From: Phycisphaerales bacterium
GTDB taxonomy: Bacteria; Planctomycetota; Phycisphaerae; Phycisphaerales; UBA1924
DNA: 64,000 nucleotides
Direction: 5' to 3'
NCBI GenBank assembly: GCA_965227775.1
Contig: OZ245777.1
Span: 1,824,001-1,888,000 of the forward strand
Of this stretch, positions 40,994-50,339 are shown piece by piece (positions within the stretch are counted from its first letter, which is position 1; the number at the start of each line of letters is the position of its first letter). Below the pieces are notes generated by a model. It ran no database searches. It saw only the letters and a program-made list of their open reading frames with translations, and had not been told where the DNA came from. Position numbers and translations under genes: made by a program.

Positions 40994-42859
40994 CTACGCC
41001 GGGTTGGCGCTGAGCTTGTCGGCGTCGGCAGGCTTCGCTTCCGCTTCCACGACGCGGACGTGCAGGTCCTTGAGCTGGGCCTCGTCGACCGCCGAGGGGG
41101 CCTCAGTCATCAGGTCGGCGCCAGTCTGCGTCTTGGGGAAAGCGATGACGTCGCGGATGTTCTCAGTGCCGGCCAGGTGCATGACCAAGCGGTCGAGACC
41201 GAAGGCGATGCCGCCGTGGGGCGGGGCGCCGAAGCGCAGCGCATCGAGCAGGAAGCCGAACTTGGCCTTGGCCTCCTCGTCGTCGAGCCCGAGCAGGCCG
41301 AAGACCTTCTGCTGCACGTCGCGGCGGTGGATACGGATCGAACCGCCGCCGATCTCGCTGCCGTTACACACCATGTCGTACCCATCGCTGAGCACGCCCA
41401 GGAGCGTCTGCTTATCCTCGGGGCTCGCGCTGAGCAAGCGCTCGGCCTGATCGGCCCGGGGTGCCGTAAACGGATGGTGCAGCGCGTAGTAGCGTTTGGT
41501 CTCGTCGTCGTACTCGAACATCGGGAAGTCGACGACCCAGATGAACGCCCACTTGTTGCCGTCGATGAGGTCGAGGTCCTTAGCGACCTTCTGGCGCAGC
41601 TCGCCGAGGGCCTTGGAGCATGTGTTGTATCCGTCGGCGCCGAAGATGACCGTGTCGCCCGGCTCGAGCTTGAGGCGCTCCTTGAGCTCCTTGGTGATGG
41701 GCTCGATGAACCGCGCGATACCGGTCTCGAAGCCGCTCTCGGTCACCTTGGTCACGGGTGCGCCGCCGGCACCGAATTGCTTGACGAACTCGGCATAGCC
41801 ATCGGTCAGCTTGCGGGTCAGCTTCTCGGCACCGCCGGGCACGCGGAACGCCTTCACCACGCCGCCATCGCGCGTGGACGGGTGGCCGCTGCCGGGGTTC
41901 TTGGCGAGGGCCTGCTGGAAGACCTTGAAGTCCGTCTTAGCCGCCAGGTCGCTGATGTCCTCGAGCTCCAAGTCGTAGCGAAGATCGGGGCGGTCGCTGC
42001 CGTAGGTGTCCATGGCCTCCTGCCACGTCATGCGTGGGAAGCGCGGCACCTCGACGCCCAGGACCTCCTTCCAAAGCGTGCGCGCGAACGCCTCCATCGT
42101 GTTCAGCACGTCTTCTCGAGAGACGAACGCCATCTCGAGATCGATCTGCGTGAACTCGGCCTGCCGGTCGGCGCGCGGGTCCTCGTCGCGGAAGCAGCGG
42201 CAGATCTGCATGTAGCGATCCGCGCCCGCCACCATGAGGATCTGCTTGAAGAGCTGCGGGCTCTGCGGCAACGCGTAGAACTCGCCCGGCTGCAATCGGC
42301 TGGGCACCAGGAAGTCACGCGCGCCCTCGGGCGTCGAGCGGCACAGGTTGGGCGTCTCGACCTCGATGAAGTCCAGCGCGTCAAAGAAGTCGCGGGCGAT
42401 CTTGGTCACGCGGTGACGCGTGCGTAGCACGTGCTGCATTTTCGGGCGGCGCAGGTCGAGGTAGCGGTGCCGCAGGCGGAGCTCCTCGCCCGGAAGGTTG
42501 TTCTCGTCGCCCGGCTGGAAGGGCGGGGTGTCGGCCTTGGCCAGCACTTCCAGTTCCTCAACGACCAGCTCGATCTCGCCGGTGGGCAGCTTGGGGTTGG
42601 GCCCGCCGTCGCGCTTGCGGACGTGGCCCTTGACGGCGATGACGTCCTCGGCACGCAGCTTGTCGGCGGCCTCGACGATGCCGGCGGGGGCGTCTTCCTT
42701 GTCGAACACGAGCTGGGTCAGCCCGGTGTGGTCGCGCAGGTCGATGAACACCAGGCCCGTGCCGTGGTCGCGGTAGTTGTTGACCCAGCCGGCGAGCGTG
42801 GCATGGGTGCTGGCGTGGTCGATCCGAAGCTCGCCGCAGGCGGCGGTGCGCTGAAGCAT
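40994..42859 (-). CDS. aspS: Aspartate--tRNA ligase, probably non-discriminating
   Basis: RDHG, TPEGARDFLVP, LPQSPQLFKQ, FRDED, HHPFT, GGGSIRIH, PPHGGIAFGLDR. Confidence 0.97.
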   Translation of the reverse strand: MLQRTAACGELRIDHASTHATLAGWVNNYRDHGTGLVFIDLRDHTGLTQLVFDKEDAPAGIVEAADKLRAEDVIAVKGHVRKRDGGPNPKLPTGEIELVVEELEVLAKADTPPFQPGDENNLPGEELRLRHRYLDLRRPKMQHVLRTRHRVTKIARDFFDALDFIEVETPNLCRSTPEGARDFLVPSRLQPGEFYALPQSPQLFKQILMVAGADRYMQICRCFRDEDPRADRQAEFTQIDLEMAFVSREDVLNTMEAFARTLWKEVLGVEVPRFPRMTWQEAMDTYGSDRPDLRYDLELEDISDLAAKTDFKVFQQALAKNPGSGHPSTRDGGVVKAFRVPGGAEKLTRKLTDGYAEFVKQFGAGGAPVTKVTESGFETGIARFIEPITKELKERLKLEPGDTVIFGADGYNTCSKALGELRQKVAKDLDLIDGNKWAFIWVVDFPMFEYDDETKRYYALHHPFTAPRADQAERLLSASPEDKQTLLGVLSDGYDMVCNGSEIGGGSIRIHRRDVQQKVFGLLGLDDEEAKAKFGFLLDALRFGAPPHGGIAFGLDRLVMHLAGTENIRDVIAFPKTQTGADLMTEAPSAVDEAQLKDLHVRVVEAEAKPADADKLSANPA

Positions 42860-43021
42860 TGGAGACTCCCTCGTTGGATGCCCCCGGCCCGGATGGCGCG
42901 GGCGGCAACTGTAGGGATCGAACCAACGAAGCCCGTGGATGGCGTTGGCTCTTTCACTCTCTGATGCCCGGGAGCCGTCGAGCCGCTGGGTACTTGCATT
43001 CAGGGCGCTGTTCGGATGATC

Positions 43022-44218
43022 TCACTCGAAGCCCAATTCCTCGAGCACCTCATCGATGGGGCGGACCGTCTGGGCCGGGAGCCAGTGCTCGAACAGGGGG
43101 CGGCGCTCCTTGCCCCACTCGGGCAGGAGGGCGGCGATCAGGGCCGGGCGGCGGCCGACGAAGCGAAGGGCCTCCCAGCGCTCCTCGTCGGTGCCCTCGC
43201 GCAGGCGCTGGCGGCAGGCCTCGACCAGCTCGTCGCCCTGGAGCAGCGCGAACAGGGCCGCGTCGCGGGCCCGGGCCACCGCCTCGTCACGCGGTCGCAG
43301 CGACTTCAGCGGGGCGAGGAGGCTCGCGGGCAAGGCCGAGTGTTGTGCGATCCCTCGCAGCAGCCGGGCGGCCTCGGCTCGCACGTCCGCGTCGTCGTCG
43401 TCGAGCAGGGCGACGAACGCCCCGCCGTCGCCCTGCCCGCGTCGCAGGTGCGTGAGCACGGCGTGCGCCGCCGCACGGCGGACGCGTGGGTCCTGGTCCT
43501 GGGCCGCGGCGATGGCCGTGGGCAGCGTCGACGCCGGATCGTGCCGGTCGCAGGAGCGGACCGCCGCCGTGTACTGAGCGAAGGGATCCGGATGGACGAA
43601 CAGCGGCGGCATCGCCGCGGCGACGCGGGCGCTGAAGGTCGCGTCGGTCGGCGCGTTGTCGTGCAGCGACAGGATGCGAAGGTCCAGCGGGTCGACCGCT
43701 TCGGAGCGGCCGCGTGTGTTTGCTTCTTCGATCCGGCGGATCGCGCCCTCGGCCAGCGTCCGCGTGTCTGCCCGGTTGTAGTGGATCGTGCCCGTGGTCG
43801 AAGGCACACCGATGCGGCCCTGCACGATGTCGCGTGCGTAGCGATCGTTCCAGTTCGCGTGCAGGTGGACGATGGTCGCGTCGGACAGGCGGTCGTACAC
43901 GCGGCGTGCGTTGCCGAAGACCAGCGGCTCGGCGAGGATGGCGACGCCAAGGAAGGCCAGCGGCAGCCACGCGGGCCGGCGCCTGCGGCGGAAGAGATGC
44001 GTGAACTTGCGAACAGCGTGGCCGCACTCGGGGCACGTCACCGGCTCGTACGCGTCGCCTTCACGCTCCACCCCCGGCAGGCCCGACAGGGCGTACCGGC
44101 ACGCTGGGCACGACGGGTCGGCCGAGCGCTTGCCGCTGCGGAAGAGAAGGAAGCCGGCGATGGCGATGGCCAGGCCGACGAAGGAGATGCCGATGCTGAT
44201 GAGGTCCGCGAGGGCCAT
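43022..44218 (-). CDS. Membrane protein with Zn ribbon and HEAT-like repeats
   Basis: TM, CPACRYAL...CPECG, second TM, DPRVRRAAA / DADVRAEAA repeats. Confidence 0.65.
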   Translation of the reverse strand: MALADLISIGISFVGLAIAIAGFLLFRSGKRSADPSCPACRYALSGLPGVEREGDAYEPVTCPECGHAVRKFTHLFRRRRRPAWLPLAFLGVAILAEPLVFGNARRVYDRLSDATIVHLHANWNDRYARDIVQGRIGVPSTTGTIHYNRADTRTLAEGAIRRIEEANTRGRSEAVDPLDLRILSLHDNAPTDATFSARVAAAMPPLFVHPDPFAQYTAAVRSCDRHDPASTLPTAIAAAQDQDPRVRRAAAHAVLTHLRRGQGDGGAFVALLDDDDADVRAEAARLLRGIAQHSALPASLLAPLKSLRPRDEAVARARDAALFALLQGDELVEACRQRLREGTDEERWEALRFVGRRPALIAALLPEWGKERRPLFEHWLPAQTVRPIDEVLEELGFE

Positions 44219-44224
44219 AGCGCG

Positions 44225-45223
44225 TTACCCGCCCGCCATCGCGGGTCTCGCCTTGGCCCGTGGCTCCTGAATCGCCGGCAAGATCAGCGGAAGCGCGCTG
44301 GGCATCGTTTCGATCACCATCGTGCCTTCCGCGTCGCACGCCACGCGTTCGATCTCGCCGTCGATCTGGAGGGCTTCCATCATCTCTGACCTTGGATCAT
44401 GGTCGTGCATGGTGAACTCGATGCGCTTGCCCTGGGCGTAGCGGGCCTGCGGGTGGCGGACGTGCAGGCCCACGCGCGCCATGGCGGCCCAGCCGACGAG
44501 GCTCGCGGTCGTGCTGGCGGGCAGGAACATCGCGTCGAGCAGGCCATCGGTGCGGCTGGCGTTGCGCGCCAGATCCAGCTTGAGCGGGTATCGCGGGCCG
44601 ACGGCAACGATGAGGCAGCCCCGGCGATCGCTGGCGAGCTGCTGTCCATCGACGGTGACACTCAGCCGGCCGACCCTGGGCCGAAGCGCGCGAGTGATCG
44701 TGGGCACGACGTAGTCGAGCTTGCTCGTTGTGCCCGCGCGCTGGCGGGCGACGCGGTGGAGCACGGCGGCGTCGGGGCCGGTTGTCAGCATGAGCGCGAA
44801 TGGCGTACCCGGGCGGCCGTCGGGATGGTGGACGAGTCCAAGGTCGCTGCGCGTGGGGGCGGCGCCGTCTCGGAATGCCTCGAGCGCCTGTAGCACGCGC
44901 GAGACTCGGGGCGTGAGGCCCAGCTCCTTGGCGACGACGTTCTCGGTGCCCAGCGGTGCGATCAGCGTCGGCACACCGCGGCCCTTCTTGGCCTCGGTCA
45001 GCGCCGCCAGAGCGTGATGTACGGTGCCATCACCGCCGACGATGACGACGGCGTCGAGCGCGTCGAGTGCGCCCTCTGCCAACGCGAGATCAAGCGGGAG
45101 ATCCACGAGGTCGAGCCATGCCAGCGGCTCGGCGCGCGATCGAAGGCGCGAGACGAAATCCGGCCCTCGGCCCTTGCCCGAGTAGCGGTTGTGCACGAGG
45201 CCGACGCGGATTCGCTCTGGCAT
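44225..45223 (-). CDS. Diacylglycerol/lipid kinase family protein
   Basis: NRYSGKG, GGDGTV, PLGTEN, DGLLD, QIDGE. Confidence 0.85.
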   Translation of the reverse strand: MPERIRVGLVHNRYSGKGRGPDFVSRLRSRAEPLAWLDLVDLPLDLALAEGALDALDAVVIVGGDGTVHHALAALTEAKKGRGVPTLIAPLGTENVVAKELGLTPRVSRVLQALEAFRDGAAPTRSDLGLVHHPDGRPGTPFALMLTTGPDAAVLHRVARQRAGTTSKLDYVVPTITRALRPRVGRLSVTVDGQQLASDRRGCLIVAVGPRYPLKLDLARNASRTDGLLDAMFLPASTTASLVGWAAMARVGLHVRHPQARYAQGKRIEFTMHDHDPRSEMMEALQIDGEIERVACDAEGTMVIETMPSALPLILPAIQEPRAKARPAMAGG

Positions 45224-45278
45224 GGCCGCAAGGGTAGCGATGACGCCCGGATGCGGAGCCGACGGCCTACGTTGACCC

Positions 45279-45737
45279 GTGGCGAACCCGAAGAAGCAGC
45301 CAGCGAGCTCAGTCCAGCCCCGCCGCGGCCACCAACGCACGCGCGACGACCACGCCAGCGAGACCGCCGAGGACTACGTCGAGGCCATCGCCGAGATCGT
45401 GGAACGCGAGGGCCGCTGCCGCGTGAAGGACCTGGCGGCGCGGTTTGGCGTCAGCCACGTCACGGTTGTGCGGACCGTCGGCCGGCTCGAAGAGGGCGGC
45501 CTGGTCAGCACCGAGCCCTACAAGCCCATCGAGCTGACGGCCAAGGGCACGCGGCTCGCCCGGGCCTGCCGCGAGCGGCACGAGGTGGTCTACCGCTTCT
45601 TGCTTGCCATCGGCGTGCCCGAGAAGGTCGCGGCGGTCGATAGCGAGGGCCTGGAGCACCACGTCAGCAAGGCCACGCTCACGCGGTTCAAGGCGATCGC
45701 CGAGGCCAGGGGAGAGCCCGGTGGCCGACATTCGTAG
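45279..45737 (+). CDS. mntR: Manganese-dependent transcriptional regulator
   Basis: EDYVEAI, HTH DLAARFGVSHVTV, RERH, DSEGLEHHVS. Confidence 0.9.
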   Translation: MANPKKQPASSVQPRRGHQRTRDDHASETAEDYVEAIAEIVEREGRCRVKDLAARFGVSHVTVVRTVGRLEEGGLVSTEPYKPIELTAKGTRLARACRERHEVVYRFLLAIGVPEKVAAVDSEGLEHHVSKATLTRFKAIAEARGEPGGRHS

Positions 45738-45750
45738 CCTGGGCTACACT
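45731..45750 (+). promoter_or_regulatory. Putative MntR operator overlapping a -10 element
   Basis: Palindrome GTAGCC-TG-GGCTAC (45734-45747; TAGC-N4-GCTA core) overlapping TACACT (45745-50), about 30 nt before the SBP gene. Confidence 0.7.
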
Positions 45751-45781
45751 TCCGCCTCGCACGATCTTCCTGGGAGGCGAT

Positions 45782-46777
45782 ATGACTCGTGGATGCTGGA
45801 TCGGACTCGTCGCGTTTCTGCTTGGTCTGCTGGCTGGCTGCGGGCAGGAATCGGGCAGCGCTCCCTCTGGAACGCCATCGAACGACGGGCAGTCCGAGCA
45901 ACTGACGATCGTCGCGACGACGGGAATGATCGGCGACATCGTCGCGAGGGTGTCGGGCGAGCGCGGCGAGGTTGATGTGCTCATCGGCGCGGGCGTCGAC
46001 CCGCACCTGTACCAGCCCACGCGCGACGACATGGCCGCGCTGATGGCCGCGGACGTGGTGTTCTACAACGGGCTGTTGCTCGAGGGCCGCATGACCGACG
46101 CGCTCGTGCGCGCGGCCTCGGCCGATCGTGGCGTGTTCGCCGTGACCGAGCTGATCGATTCGCAGTACCTCATCCAGCCCGACGACATGGAGGGCAAGGA
46201 CGATCCGCACGTCTGGATGGATCCCGCCGCGTGGGCAAAGGCCGTCGAGGTCGTGAGAGATCGCCTGATCGAGCGCGACCCGGACGGTGAGTCCGTCTAC
46301 ACGAGCAACGCGCGGGCCCTGTTGGATGAGATCACTGAGCTTGACGCCTACTGCCAGCGCGTGTTCGAGAGCGTGCCCGAGGGGCAGCGCGTGATCGTCT
46401 CGGCCCACGACGCCTTCGGCTACTTCGGCGAGCGTTTTGGTTACGAGGTGATGGGCATCCAGGGGCTGAGCACCGAGAGCGAAGCGGGCGTGCGCGATAT
46501 CGAGCAGCTAGTCGACGTGCTGGTCGAGCGCAAGATCGCAGCGGTGTTCGTCGAGTCGACCGTGTCGGATCGCAACGTCCAGGCGCTCATCGCCGGGGCT
46601 AAGGCTCGCGGGCACACGGTCACAATCGGTGGCGAACTCTTCAGCGACGCGATGGGGCCCGCCGATACCTACGAGGGCACGTATGTGGGCATGATCGACC
46701 ACAACGCGACAACCATCGCCCGCGCCCTTGGTGGCGAGGCGCCCGAGGGCGGCATGCAAGGAAAGCTCACTCGGTGA
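45782..46777 (+). CDS. Mn/Zn/Fe ABC transporter substrate-binding lipoprotein (TroA-like)
   Basis: LAGC lipobox, [29 protein letters not shown]. Confidence 0.93.
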   Translation: MTRGCWIGLVAFLLGLLAGCGQESGSAPSGTPSNDGQSEQLTIVATTGMIGDIVARVSGERGEVDVLIGAGVDPHLYQPTRDDMAALMAADVVFYNGLLLEGRMTDALVRAASADRGVFAVTELIDSQYLIQPDDMEGKDDPHVWMDPAAWAKAVEVVRDRLIERDPDGESVYTSNARALLDEITELDAYCQRVFESVPEGQRVIVSAHDAFGYFGERFGYEVMGIQGLSTESEAGVRDIEQLVDVLVERKIAAVFVESTVSDRNVQALIAGAKARGHTVTIGGELFSDAMGPADTYEGTYVGMIDHNATTIARALGGEAPEGGMQGKLTR

Positions 46778-47619
46778 CCGCAGCGGGCAGCCACAGCGTC
46801 GTCCATTCGCGTCGGGGGCAGCCAACCCTGGCGGCGCTGCCCGAGCACTCTTCCGACAGCCCGCTCTCGATCCACGCCATGACGGTGGCCTACCAGCGCA
46901 AGCCCGTGCTGTGGGATGTGGACTATGACGCGCCGGCCAACGCGCTCGTCGCGATCGTGGGGCCGAATGGTGCGGGCAAGAGCACGCTCATCAAGGCGGC
47001 ACTGGGCCTGGTGCCGCGCGCTAGCGGGCTGGTCGAGTTCTGGGGCGAGCCTTACAAGCGGGTGCGCGATCGGGTGGCATACGTGCCGCAACGCGAGAGC
47101 GTTGATTGGTCGTTCCCGGTCAGCGCGCTCGACGTCGTGTGTATGGGCCGATACCGCCGCGTCGGCTGGCTGCGTCCGGTCGGCCGGACGCACAAGCGGG
47201 CGGCGCTCGAGTGCCTGGACCGCGTGGGGCTGGCGGACCTGGCCCATCGGCAGATCAGCCAGCTCTCGGGCGGGCAGCAGCAGCGGGTGTTCCTCGCCCG
47301 CGCGCTCGCGCAAGAGGGCGACCTGTACGTGATGGACGAGCCCTTCGCGGGCGTCGATGCCGCGACAGAGCGCGCGATCGTGGCGCTGCTCCGCGAGCTG
47401 CGTGACGCTGGCAAGACGGCCATCGTCGTGCACCACGACCTCCAGACCGTGCCGCAGTACTTCGACCACGCCCTCCTGCTGAACATGCGCGTCGTCGCGT
47501 CGGGTCCGGTTGAAGAGATCTTCACCGAGGACAACCTTCAGAAGACCTATGGCGGCAAGCTCACGCTGCTGAGCGAGGCTGCCGAGGCCGTGGCCCGCTC
47601 GGGAATGAGGGTGCGGTAG
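46774..47619 (+). CDS. Metal ABC transporter ATPase (TroB-like)
   Basis: [27 protein letters not shown]. Confidence 0.94.
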   Translation: MTAAGSHSVVHSRRGQPTLAALPEHSSDSPLSIHAMTVAYQRKPVLWDVDYDAPANALVAIVGPNGAGKSTLIKAALGLVPRASGLVEFWGEPYKRVRDRVAYVPQRESVDWSFPVSALDVVCMGRYRRVGWLRPVGRTHKRAALECLDRVGLADLAHRQISQLSGGQQQRVFLARALAQEGDLYVMDEPFAGVDAATERAIVALLRELRDAGKTAIVVHHDLQTVPQYFDHALLLNMRVVASGPVEEIFTEDNLQKTYGGKLTLLSEAAEAVARSGMRVR

Positions 47620-48948
47620 ATGGCTCTGGCGCGCCCCGAGTCGCTCTCGGTCGGCCAGATCGTGGAGGTCCTGACCTTCCAGGCGGGGTACAACACCAAC
47701 GCCGTGCTGGCCGGCTCGGCCCTGCTCGGGCTGTCCGCCGGCGTCGTTGGCGTGTTCGCGCTGCTGCGCAAGCGTTCGCTGGTCGCAGATGCCATCGGAC
47801 ACGCGACGCTGCCGGGCATCATGATCGCGTTTCTGGTTGCCGCGGCGCTCGGGGGCTCGGGGCGATCCCTGCCGGTGCTTCTGCTGGGTGCCGCCGTTTC
47901 GGGCGCGTTCTCGGTGCTGTGCATCTTCGCGATCCTCAGGTTCACGCGCTTGCGCGAGGACGCGGCGATCGGCATCGTGCTCGGCGTTTTCTTCGGGCTG
48001 GGCGTCGTGCTGCTCAGCTACGCGCAGCGGCCCGAGAATGTCAGCGCGTCGCCCGCCGGGCTGCACCACTTCATCTATGGACAGACCGCCGCCATGCGCG
48101 CGGGCGACGCGATGCTCATGGGCGGCATCGCCCTCGGCGCGATCCTGGCGACCATCGTGATCTTCAAGGAACTGGCGCTGACGAGCTTCAATGACGAGTT
48201 TGCGCGCGTCGTCGGATATCCGGTCGGCCTGCTCGACGGTGTGATGCTCGCGCTGGTGGTGCTGGTGACCGTCGCGGGCTTGCAGGCGGTGGGGCTCATT
48301 CTCGTCATCGCGCTGCTGATCATCCCGCCCGTCGCGGCGCGGCTCTGGACCGATCGGTTGCCGCTGCTCGTCGTGATCGCGGGTGGGCTGGGAGCACTTA
48401 GCGGATTCGTGGGTGCGGCGGCGAGCGCGCTGCTGCCGCGCACGCCGGCGGGCTCGGTCATCGTTCTCTGCGGCGGCGGGGTGTTCGTCATCAGCCTGCT
48501 GGCGGCGCCCCGGCATGGCGTCGTGGCCGTCGCCGGTCGTAGGGGGCTGCAGCGGCTTCGGATTGCCGGTGAGCACATGCTCGAAGCCGCGCACGAGCAC
48601 GTGGTGACGCGGCGCGGGCAGACGGTCGTGCCGGCGCGCACGATGCGGGCGATGGAGAAGCTGTGGGGCTGGCCCGCCTGGCTGGGCCCGATGGTGCTCA
48701 CGCAACTCCGTCGACGCGGCTACGTGAATCGCGTCGACGATGGGTATGAGCTGACGCCCATGGGTATCGAGCGAGGCGCGCGGATCGCACGCAACCACCG
48801 GCTGTGGGAGCAGTACCTGCAGGCCTACGCCGACGTTGCGCCGGGGCACGTCGATTGGTCTGCGGACATGGTCGAGCACGTGCTGAGCCCCGAGTTGGTC
48901 GCCGAGCTGGAAGCGGCGATCGCACGCAAGACTGGGCGGCCGGCGTGA
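47620..48948 (+). CDS. Metal ABC permease fused to a DtxR-like C-terminal domain
   Basis: DAIGHATLPG, REDAAIG; tail RNHRLWEQYL...ADMVEH. Confidence 0.9.
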   Translation: MALARPESLSVGQIVEVLTFQAGYNTNAVLAGSALLGLSAGVVGVFALLRKRSLVADAIGHATLPGIMIAFLVAAALGGSGRSLPVLLLGAAVSGAFSVLCIFAILRFTRLREDAAIGIVLGVFFGLGVVLLSYAQRPENVSASPAGLHHFIYGQTAAMRAGDAMLMGGIALGAILATIVIFKELALTSFNDEFARVVGYPVGLLDGVMLALVVLVTVAGLQAVGLILVIALLIIPPVAARLWTDRLPLLVVIAGGLGALSGFVGAAASALLPRTPAGSVIVLCGGGVFVISLLAAPRHGVVAVAGRRGLQRLRIAGEHMLEAAHEHVVTRRGQTVVPARTMRAMEKLWGWPAWLGPMVLTQLRRRGYVNRVDDGYELTPMGIERGARIARNHRLWEQYLQAYADVAPGHVDWSADMVEHVLSPELVAELEAAIARKTGRPA

Positions 48949-50210
48949 CGCTTTCCCCGGCCCTGGATCTGTTCCCGCTCCTGGCCGCCGTGCTCGCGGC
49001 GCTCAGCTGTGGGCTGCTGGGCAACTTCCTGGTCCTGCGCCGCCTCAGCCTGATGGGCGATGCGATGAGCCACAGCGTGCTGCCAGGGCTGGTTATCGCG
49101 TTCATGATCACCGGCGTGCGCACGGCCCCGGTCATGTTCATCGGGGCCGTGCTGGCGGGCGTGGCAACGGTTGTGCTGGTCGAGCTGATCAAGCGGCTCG
49201 GCCGCGTCGAGCCGGGAGCGGCGATGGGTGTCGTCTTCAGCGTAATGTTTGCGCTGGGCGTGCTGCTGATCGAGCGGGCCGCGCGCAACACGGACCTTGA
49301 CGCCTCGTGCGTGCTACACGGCCAGCTCGAGTCTCTGGCGTGGACAACGGACGCGCCCGCATCGTGGCTCGGAGTCCTCGACTTCGCAACACTGGCTGCC
49401 GCACCACCCCAGGTGTGGACGCTTGCGCTGACCGTGGGGCTGACGATCGCGCTCGTCGTTTTCTTGTTCAAGGAGCTGCGCCTGGCGGCGTTCGACCCGG
49501 CGATGGCGACGGCGCAGGGCTTTAGCGCGTCGCTGCTTCACTATTTGTTGATGGTGTTCGTCGCTGGCGCGACGGTCGCGTCGTTCGAGGCTGTGGGTTC
49601 GATCCTCGTGATCGCGATGCTCATCGTGCCCGCGGCGACCGCCCGGCTGCTGACGGATCGACTGCTGCCGCAGATACTCGTGAGCGTTGCTGTCGCAATA
49701 AGTGCGGCGGTGGTGGGGTACGTAGGTTCCATCGTTGTGCCAATGCTGATCGGCAAACGCGAGGTGAACGCTGCCGGCTCGATGACGCTGGCGCTTGGCG
49801 GGCTCCTGGTGCTCGCGGCGGTGCTCGGGCCGAGGTACGGCGTGCTGGCAACGGCGATCCGCCGGGGGCGGCTGAGCAGATCCGTGGCGCTCGAAGACCT
49901 GCTCGGCGGCCTGTATCGGCAGGAGGAGCACGGCGCACCGCCACGCACCATCGACGAACGTGTCGTGCGGCGCGCCCGGGCTCGGGGGCTCGTGCAGAGC
50001 AACGAGCTGGCCTTGACCGATGCCGGCAGGGCCGAGGCCGCGGCGCTCGTGCGTCGCCACAGGCTGTGGGAGTCGTACCTCGTGGATCGTGCGGGTCTGG
50101 CTGCCGACCACGTGCATGTGACCGCCGAGCAACTCGAGCATTTGCCGAGCGCGATGCCGCCCGACGCGCAGGGGGCGGACCCGCATGGCCGGCCCATTCC
50201 GCCTGCGTGA
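48945..50210 (+). CDS. Metal ABC permease fused to a DtxR-like C-terminal domain
   Basis: GDAMSHSVLPG, FEAVGSILV; tail RRHRLWESYL...AEQLEH...DPHGRPIP. Confidence 0.9.
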   Translation: MTLSPALDLFPLLAAVLAALSCGLLGNFLVLRRLSLMGDAMSHSVLPGLVIAFMITGVRTAPVMFIGAVLAGVATVVLVELIKRLGRVEPGAAMGVVFSVMFALGVLLIERAARNTDLDASCVLHGQLESLAWTTDAPASWLGVLDFATLAAAPPQVWTLALTVGLTIALVVFLFKELRLAAFDPAMATAQGFSASLLHYLLMVFVAGATVASFEAVGSILVIAMLIVPAATARLLTDRLLPQILVSVAVAISAAVVGYVGSIVVPMLIGKREVNAAGSMTLALGGLLVLAAVLGPRYGVLATAIRRGRLSRSVALEDLLGGLYRQEEHGAPPRTIDERVVRRARARGLVQSNELALTDAGRAEAAALVRRHRLWESYLVDRAGLAADHVHVTAEQLEHLPSAMPPDAQGADPHGRPIPPA

Positions 50211-50339
50211 GGGGTGGCCCCAGTCGCCACTTCAAGAGATATCCGGACTGTGTCGCGTCTGGAGGGCAGACGAACCGGACATAGGATGGCGAGCCGTCGA
50301 TGATGACGGTGAGGCATCATCCTGGGAGAGGGGGCGGCG

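Noticed and set aside
42880..42920. GCAACTGT resembling a cobalamin riboswitch box
   Set aside because: No other B12-element motifs, and it is not upstream of a plus-strand gene; better read as the aspS -10 (TACAGT, minus strand).
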